Assembly: GCA_964505635.1 (NCBI GenBank)
Contig: CAZDIP010000001.1
Location: forward strand, 222,412 to 286,411
From: an uncultured Candidatus Saccharibacteria bacterium
GTDB taxonomy: Bacteria > Patescibacteriota > Doudnabacteria > UBA920
Reading direction: 5' to 3'
DNA: 64,000 nt
Part shown: piece by piece, positions 57,839 to 64,000 of the stretch
How positions within the stretch are numbered: the stretch's first letter is position 1
Layout: every line of letters starts with the position of its first letter
Program-made: the position numbers and the translations under genes
Notes under the pieces: generated by a model
The model's database searches: none
What the model saw: only the letters and a program-made list of their open reading frames with translations
Told to the model about the DNA's origin: nothing

Positions 57839-59038
57839 TTAAATACTTCTAAAATTTCTGAGTTTTATAACCAACTCCCTTAAAACTAAAAGCACATAAT
57901 CCAGTTCAGCTTTTTTTGTAAATCTACCTAAAGTAATCCTGATTGAAGAATTAGCTTGCTGCGTAGTTTTTCCAATTGCTGTTAAAACGTGAGATGGATC
58001 CTTAGATTCAGAATCGCAAGCGCTTTTAGTACCAATGCTTATTCCGCTTGCATCAAAATATATCTGCAAGGCCTCCCCTTCAACACCTACTATGCTAAAA
58101 TTTATATTATTTGGAAGCCTTAAAACTCCAGGCCCATTTAAACTCACTCCGTTAATGCCTGAAATTTGTTTTATAAAATAATCCCGCAACTTGTACAAAC
58201 GGTAATTTTCTTTATCGCGGTTTATTTGAGCCAATCTAAGGGCTTCAACAAGTCCCACAATACCCGCCACGTTTTCAGTACCGCTGCGAAAACCTCTTTC
58301 CTGTCCCCCTCCAAAAATTATAGGATTTAAATTTAATCCGTTCCTTACAAATAAAAAGCCAGATTGTTTTGGACCATAAATTTTGCTCCCATTGACTGAC
58401 ATTAAATCAACATTGAGCTTTTGGGCATTTAAATCCAAATACCCTGCCGCCTGACATGCATCGGTATGAAAAGCCACAGGAATCATTTTATTTTTATTAC
58501 GACGGCTGTTCTCTATATTAATTATTTTTCCTATTTCAAGAATCGGTAAAATAGTTCCGATCTCATTATTTGCATACATGACTGACACCAAAAAGGTGTC
58601 TTTTCGCAAAGCGTTTTTTACCTGTAAGGCGCTGACAAAACCAAATTTATCAGGTTGCAAATAAGTAACCTTTAAACCCTGTCTCTCCAACTCTTCGCAA
58701 GGCTCTAAAACCGAGCTATGTTCAGTTTTAGTAGTTACAATGTGTCCCCCTTTCCCGCCAAGGAAATTTTTAGCCAGTCCAAATATTGCCAAGTTATTAC
58801 TCTCTGTTCCGCCCGCGGTAAAAATTATTTCTTCCGACCTGCAGTTTAAAATTTTTGAGGTTTTTTCACGCGCTAAATTTATCGCGTCCCTGGCCTCTCT
58901 CCCCTGCGCATATAAAGCGGAAGGGTTCCCATACTGCTTTTTTAAGAATGGAAGCATGGTTTTAAAAACATTTTCATCCAGTGGCGTCGCAGCAGCGTTG
59001 TCTAAATAAATCTCTCTTTTTATATTACTTAGTTTCAT
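57839..59038 (-). CDS. Cysteine desulfurase (class V aminotransferase, NifS/IscS-like)
   Basis: It has a PLP-lysine region SVNGSKIYGPK and an N-terminal conserved NAAATPLD. Confidence 0.8.
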   Translation of the reverse strand: MKLSNIKREIYLDNAAATPLDENVFKTMLPFLKKQYGNPSALYAQGREARDAINLAREKTSKILNCRSEEIIFTAGGTESNNLAIFGLAKNFLGGKGGHIVTTKTEHSSVLEPCEELERQGLKVTYLQPDKFGFVSALQVKNALRKDTFLVSVMYANNEIGTILPILEIGKIINIENSRRNKNKMIPVAFHTDACQAAGYLDLNAQKLNVDLMSVNGSKIYGPKQSGFLFVRNGLNLNPIIFGGGQERGFRSGTENVAGIVGLVEALRLAQINRDKENYRLYKLRDYFIKQISGINGVSLNGPGVLRLPNNINFSIVGVEGEALQIYFDASGISIGTKSACDSESKDPSHVLTAIGKTTQQANSSIRITLGRFTKKAELDYVLLVLRELVIKLRNFRSI

Positions 59039-59128
59039 GTTATTTAAAATGCGCCGAATAAATAAGGCGCGAAGGTAAGTTTTTAATACTAACTTATATA
59101 ACCGATCCAGTCAACCTCATTTGACCAG

Positions 59129-59542
59129 TTAGCGGCCGGATTTACGGAATCCGGCAGCCACAGCCTCTGTCTCAGTTTTAAAACACTGTTCCGGCTTAAC
59201 TGTTTTATAAAATGCCCCTCCCTGCACATGATATATTTTTCCCCCGGAAGATGAAATATTGCCCTTAACAACACATTCGGTTCCCGAAGTTATTAAAGAT
59301 TCCATGCTGCTGGAAGCTGTACCTAAAACCTTATTATCTACTGTTGTTTCTTGCTGTTCTGAAGTTTTTGCCTTTAAGCTTTGATTTGTGTTATAATTAT
59401 TAAGTAAAGAAGGTTTGTTCCGTCTTGTTTTTTCATAGCTGCCGACCCCGTAACCGACTAAAAAAACTACTACAAAACCGGCAATTATCGCCGCTTTGTT
59501 TTTATTTTCAATTATCCACTCTCTACATTCCAAATAAGTCAT
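59129..59542 (-). CDS. Membrane-anchored small protein with C-terminal IYHxxGxxxY...CFxTExEAxxAGxRxS motif
   Basis: It has an N-terminal TM helix, a Ser/Thr-rich linker and a conserved-looking C-terminal module (GGKIYHVQGGAFYKTVKPEQCFKTETEAVAAGFRKS). Confidence 0.45.
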   Translation of the reverse strand: MTYLECREWIIENKNKAAIIAGFVVVFLVGYGVGSYEKTRRNKPSLLNNYNTNQSLKAKTSEQQETTVDNKVLGTASSSMESLITSGTECVVKGNISSSGGKIYHVQGGAFYKTVKPEQCFKTETEAVAAGFRKSGR

Positions 59543-59590
59543 CGCTGATATTATATCACTTATTTATATCAAAAAGCTAAAACATAAATA

Positions 59591-60931
59591 ATGCAATACG
59601 CTTTTATTTTAGGGAGGGTTTACACATTATCCGTTGCCGAAATTATTGCGGTAATGGAAAAAACAGATCCGACTTTAGGTTTGGATGGTTCGCCTATTCA
59701 AATAATTGAGGCTTCAGAAGAAGTGCTAATTATAGAAACACAGAAGCCTCTACAAGCAGAGAAAATACAAAAAAGGCTTGGAGGCGTTATTAAAATTCTA
59801 GAAGTTGTTGATGTTTTAAAAAAACGCGACGGCGACTCAATTAATTTTACCCTTAAACACTATTTCAAACCCAGTGTTTTAAAAAAAAGTTTTCTTAAAG
59901 AATATAAAGGAAAAATTCAAATCGGGCTAAGCGTTTACCTGCTGGACATGGATTTGGCCAAACGCTCCCCTATCCTAAAATTTGAACAAAATAAAAAAGA
60001 AGTTACTGCTTTTGGCGAACCAAAACGCATTGGCATGATGATAAAAAAAACCTTAACCGAAGGGGGTTTTAGCGTAAGACTGGTTTTGCCAGAATTTAAT
60101 TCCCTGTCCTTAGCCTCCGTATCTGTAACAAAAAATTTACTTTTACAAAAGGGGGCGGAAATTTGTATTTTAGCCGGAAAAGATAAAGTCTACACGGCCA
60201 AGACATTAATAGTTCAAGATTTTGAAGACTATGGCCGCAGAGATTACCAGAGGCCAGCCAGGGACGAAAAACAAGGCATGATTCCACCAAAAGTCGCTCA
60301 AATTATGATTAATCTTTCCGGTTGCAAAAATTCAGATACCATCTTAGATCCTTTCTGCGGTATTGGCACAATTATTCAGGAAGGTTTGCTGTTGGGTTTT
60401 CGCATGATTGGTTCGGACATTAACAAAAAGGCAATTAAAGGAAGCGAACAAAATCTGGAATGGTTCCGTAATCGCTATAAGATTGCCCCAGGAAAATACG
60501 GAGTGGAAACTTGCGATGCCACTGAGGTAGCGGCACTTATTGAAAAATCCGGGACCTTTGTAAACGCAATAGTTACCGAATGCACTTTAGGTCCGCTATA
60601 TAGCGAGTACCCATCAAAAACCGAAGTTGAACATAATTTTGTTAGCTTAACAGAACTTTACAAAAAAAGCTTTGTGGAATTTTCAAAGTTCCTTCCCCAA
60701 AAAGCCAGGATAGTCATGTGCATACCGGCTTACAAAAAAACCCGCACAGATTACGAGATGATAAATAATCTTGACTTTTTCGAAGAATTAGGTTATACTT
60801 TTATAGATTTAATTCCTCAAAAATTCTCCAAGCAATTTAAATTTTTGCGTTTAACGGAAAGGCAAACCGCCGTTTATGACCGCAAAGACCAGATTGTTGC
60901 CAGGGAAATAGTAATTTTAGAAAAGAATTAA
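59591..60931 (+). CDS. Putative RNA (guanine-N2/adenine-N6) methyltransferase, UPF0020/Trm11-like
   Basis: It has a DPFCGIGTI SAM-binding motif in the C-terminal half and an uncharacterised N-terminal domain. Confidence 0.55.
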   Translation: MQYAFILGRVYTLSVAEIIAVMEKTDPTLGLDGSPIQIIEASEEVLIIETQKPLQAEKIQKRLGGVIKILEVVDVLKKRDGDSINFTLKHYFKPSVLKKSFLKEYKGKIQIGLSVYLLDMDLAKRSPILKFEQNKKEVTAFGEPKRIGMMIKKTLTEGGFSVRLVLPEFNSLSLASVSVTKNLLLQKGAEICILAGKDKVYTAKTLIVQDFEDYGRRDYQRPARDEKQGMIPPKVAQIMINLSGCKNSDTILDPFCGIGTIIQEGLLLGFRMIGSDINKKAIKGSEQNLEWFRNRYKIAPGKYGVETCDATEVAALIEKSGTFVNAIVTECTLGPLYSEYPSKTEVEHNFVSLTELYKKSFVEFSKFLPQKARIVMCIPAYKKTRTDYEMINNLDFFEELGYTFIDLIPQKFSKQFKFLRLTERQTAVYDRKDQIVAREIVILEKN

Positions 60932-61026
60932 ATCTGTTTAAAAGATATACAAATAACAAGTAATGTATAACTAATAACGGTTATAAATTATCACTTATAG
61001 GTTATTAGTTTTTAACGGAGTAAACA

Positions 61027-61308
61027 ATGGCTCATAAAAAAGCAGGCGGTAGTACTAGTTTAGGCCGCGACTCAGTTTCCAAACGCCTGGGTGTAAAAAT
61101 TTTCGGCAACCAGGTTATAAAAAAAGGCCAAATTATCGTTCGTCAACACGGTAGCAAATTCCATGCCGGTAAGAACGTAAAAATGGGCGGCGATTCAACG
61201 CTTTATGCGTTAACCGATGGCAAAGTCAGTTTTCAAAAAAAACAAGTCAAAAAATTCCATGGCAACCTCAGAACAACTCGCATAGTCAATATTGTTCCTC
61301 AGAAGTAA
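61027..61308 (+). CDS. rpmA: 50S ribosomal protein L27
   Basis: [16 protein letters not shown]...IVRQHG..FHAGKNV is a typical L27. Confidence 0.9.
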   Translation: MAHKKAGGSTSLGRDSVSKRLGVKIFGNQVIKKGQIIVRQHGSKFHAGKNVKMGGDSTLYALTDGKVSFQKKQVKKFHGNLRTTRIVNIVPQK

Positions 61309-61327
61309 AGATTGCCTATATCAACAA

Positions 61328-61362
61328 TTTTAAAGGCTCACATGGAGTGAGCCTTTAAAATT
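61328..61362. terminator. Palindromic terminator element, copy 2 (bidirectional rpmA/pyrG)
   Basis: ttttaaaggctcacaTggagtgagcctttaaaa. Confidence 0.55.
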
Positions 61363-63043
61363 ACTTTGATTTTTGCAATTTTGATATTGCCTTTATGAAT
61401 CCGTTAAAAAGCGGATGCGGATTCAGAGGCCGGGACTGAAATTCTGGATGAAACTGGCTCCCAACAAAAAATGGATGATTTTGAATTTCAATTATTTCCA
61501 CCAACTTACCGTCCGGCGTAGTACCGGCGATTATTAACCCGGCTTTTACCATACGCTCCCGGTAAGCATTATTAAATTCATAACGATGGCGATGCCGTTC
61601 AGAAATTTTGGCTTTGCCGGTTTTTTGTATTAAGCCGGAATGCAGATAAAGTTTTTCTGTCAAAGTCCCCCTGCCAATCACACAGTCCCAGGCTCCAAGG
61701 CGCATGGTTGCCCCATATTCCCTGTTTAAAAGCTTTTTTTCCTGATCAGGCATAATGTGGATTACCGGATGCGGATTATCGTCGTCCACTTCCGTGGTAT
61801 TCGCGCCTTTAAGGCCCGCCACATTTCTGGCAAATTCTATAGTCGCCATCTGCATCCCATAACATAAACCTAAATATGGGACTTTATTCTCCCTAGCATA
61901 TTTTATGGTTTCCACCATCCCTTCCGTTCCCCTTTTGCCAAAGCCTCCTGGTACTACAATGCCGTCATAACCTTTTAAAATGGCTTTAGCGCCCTGTTTT
62001 TCCACCTTTACCGAGTCTATCCAGGTTAAAACCGGCTTCACCTTATTGGCCCAAGCCGCGTGCTTTATGGATTCTATAACCGAAACATAGGAATCAGACA
62101 ATTGAAATTTTCCTACACCAAAATATTTCCCAACCACCGCTATTTTTACTTCCTTCTTTACTGTTTTTATTGTCCTGACCAATTTTTTCCAATCTTTTAA
62201 ATCTTTTTTCCTGGGCTTAAACCCAAATTTTTCCAAAATCAACTCCCCTGCCCTTTGATTTTCCAAAATAACCGGTACTTCGTATATGCTAAAGACGTCG
62301 GGATTAGAAAGGACGTATTTTTTATCCACGTTGCAAAACAAAGCCACGCGCTCTTTACGCCTGTCGTCAATTGGAACGCTGCTGCGGCCGACAATTATGT
62401 CCGGCTCAATTCCCATACTGTTTAAAACTCTCACTGACTGCTGCACGGGCTTGGACTTCATTTCACCCAAATAAGAAGGAATTGGCAAATAAGCCACATG
62501 AATGTGCACAACCGCGTTTGGATCTCTTAGCTTCATAATTCTAGTCGCTTCAAAAAATATTCCGTTCTGGTACTCCCCTACCGTACCGCCCAGTTCCACT
62601 AAGCAAAAATCATACCCCTTGCCCGCGGCCTGCCAACGTCGGATAATCTCATCTGTAACATGAGGGATGGCTTCCACATCTTCCCCGCCGTATTCAAAAG
62701 CCCTCTCTTTACGCAAGACTTCAGCATAAATCTGCCCTGTGGTCACATAATTAGCACGTTTTATGGGTTCGCCAATAAAACGCTCATAATGCCCTAAGTC
62801 CTGGTCGGTTTCAATCCCGTCGGTGGTTACAAACACCTCCCCGTGTTCCTGAGGCCGTATAGTGCCGGCATCCTGATTTAAATACATATCTACCTTTACC
62901 GCGCTAACCCTGTAGCCCTTAGCTTTTAAAATCGCGCCCATAGAGGCTGAGGTAATGCCTTTGCCAATGCCGGAAATAACCCCGCCGGAGATAAAAATAA
63001 ATTTGGTGTTTTGATTTTTTTTTGATTGTACTTGGTGAGGCAT
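61361..63043 (-). CDS. pyrG: CTP synthase
   Basis: It has an N-terminal synthetase domain and a C-terminal glutamine amidotransferase domain (GLCYGMQ). Confidence 0.9.
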   Translation of the reverse strand: MPHQVQSKKNQNTKFIFISGGVISGIGKGITSASMGAILKAKGYRVSAVKVDMYLNQDAGTIRPQEHGEVFVTTDGIETDQDLGHYERFIGEPIKRANYVTTGQIYAEVLRKERAFEYGGEDVEAIPHVTDEIIRRWQAAGKGYDFCLVELGGTVGEYQNGIFFEATRIMKLRDPNAVVHIHVAYLPIPSYLGEMKSKPVQQSVRVLNSMGIEPDIIVGRSSVPIDDRRKERVALFCNVDKKYVLSNPDVFSIYEVPVILENQRAGELILEKFGFKPRKKDLKDWKKLVRTIKTVKKEVKIAVVGKYFGVGKFQLSDSYVSVIESIKHAAWANKVKPVLTWIDSVKVEKQGAKAILKGYDGIVVPGGFGKRGTEGMVETIKYARENKVPYLGLCYGMQMATIEFARNVAGLKGANTTEVDDDNPHPVIHIMPDQEKKLLNREYGATMRLGAWDCVIGRGTLTEKLYLHSGLIQKTGKAKISERHRHRYEFNNAYRERMVKAGLIIAGTTPDGKLVEIIEIQNHPFFVGSQFHPEFQSRPLNPHPLFNGFIKAISKLQKSK

Positions 63044-63132
63044 AAAACTCTTTAATATTCGAGCTTGTCGAGAATCTAAAAATTTTAAACTTCCCGACTC
63101 TCCGCTCAGGCGGATCGCTTGAAAAATAATAA

Positions 63133-63987
63133 TTATTTTGTAAATTTAAAAGTTGAAAGTATTTTTTTCCATTCCAAATGAGGTGGAAAAATTTCACCGT
63201 TAAAATCAGGATTAGTCCAGTCAACACCGTTAGATCTAAAATAAAACCAAAATAAGTCCTGCTTATTGATTAAAAAATACTCATATGAAAGAATTCCTTC
63301 AAATAATCCTGATTGGATAAAATAAAATTTATTTTCACCCAAAGAAATAATCTTAAACATATCTAATGACTTAGGATGAAGTCCGCTCCCATCAAAAATA
63401 ACACTGTCCAAAATTATTTCTTTAAATGATTGATCTGTGGGAATAACCTTATGCCTTACAGTCAAAAACAAGTCGTTATTTGGCTCCAAGCTTAACAAGG
63501 TAATAATTGGCACAGAAGGTTGATTGGAATTTTCCAAATCAATAAATTCTTGATATTTACTTGGGTATTTAAACTCAAACCCCAGTTCCTCATTTCTATA
63601 AGTTTTCCAGTCTTTTACGTCTTTTTCATCCGTCAGATTGGCCATATCTGTCCTATTAATTTCCCAATTTTGCTGAGTTTTACTTTCAAAATCCATTACT
63701 TCAAAACCATAAGTGTCAGTGCCTTCAAGATTGCTTGTTTTAAGCAAAACAAATTGGTTGTTATTAAGCCAAAAGCCGTTGTCAAAGCCGCAAGCCGTGC
63801 CGCAAAACCTAAGCCTGCCTTGTTCCGCTTTTATATTGGAAAACAAAATCACGTAAGAATCCGGCTCCCCAAAACTGCTTAAACATACGCCGCGCTCCCC
63901 ATTCGGGCTATTAGCCAGCACGCCCGGGTAGCCATTAAAAGCTTTTTTACAACTATTTGAGTCTGTAAAAATGGTTTTCCCGGCCAA
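63133..63987 (-). CDS. Hypothetical protein
   Basis: A 284-aa ORF. The N-terminal Met lies 13 nt from the window end. Confidence 0.35.
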   Translation of the reverse strand: MAGKTIFTDSNSCKKAFNGYPGVLANSPNGERGVCLSSFGEPDSYVILFSNIKAEQGRLRFCGTACGFDNGFWLNNNQFVLLKTSNLEGTDTYGFEVMDFESKTQQNWEINRTDMANLTDEKDVKDWKTYRNEELGFEFKYPSKYQEFIDLENSNQPSVPIITLLSLEPNNDLFLTVRHKVIPTDQSFKEIILDSVIFDGSGLHPKSLDMFKIISLGENKFYFIQSGLFEGILSYEYFLINKQDLFWFYFRSNGVDWTNPDFNGEIFPPHLEWKKILSTFKFTK

Positions 63988-64000
63988 ATCATATTTTAAA

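Noticed and set aside
1-64000. CRISPR arrays, rRNA genes, transposase/IS elements, prophage integrases
   Set aside because: No regularly spaced direct repeats, no 16S/23S/5S signatures and no transposase or integrase-like ORFs were found. The only mobile-element-like gene is the LAGLIDADG endonuclease.

Overview
This is a gene-dense window with short intergenic spacers, dominated by core informational genes. These include rplU, recR, dnaB, cysS, tandem adk paralogs, map, thrS, dnaE, a SEDS ftsW/rodA gene, rplY, prmC, prfA, rpmE, rpsB-tsf, ahcY, rpmG, rarA, queA, hup, mltG, fmt, def, gltX, rpmA and pyrG. Around them sit small membrane or secreted hypotheticals, a type IV pilin-like gene, two ABC ATPases, an ECF sigma / anti-sigma pair, cell-wall hydrolases (M23, M15, MltG) and surface-glycan glycosyltransferases (GT2 with QxxRW, WecA-like, and a WecG-Nudix fusion). 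Gene content, the small proteins and the repeated near-consensus promoters with an extended -10 (TGTTATAAT) suggest a reduced-genome bacterium, possibly Patescibacteria/CPR-like, though that is inference only. No rRNA genes or CRISPR arrays were seen. The most unusual region is the tRNA locus at about 30.5-31.4 kb. There a complete tRNA-Thr(UGU) sits inside the anticodon of a second, split but fully foldable tRNA-Thr-like gene, and a tRNA-Trp(CCA) is bracketed by the matching 5' and 3' pieces of another tRNA-like gene. Other notable features are a LAGLIDADG homing endonuclease with an HTH domain that overlaps tRNA-Tyr; a His-rich two-TM mini-protein behind a perfect consensus promoter; a def...fmt region interrupted by an active/degenerate DEDDh exonuclease pair and a 53-aa ORF with its own RBS and terminator; and a GT26-Nudix fusion protein.
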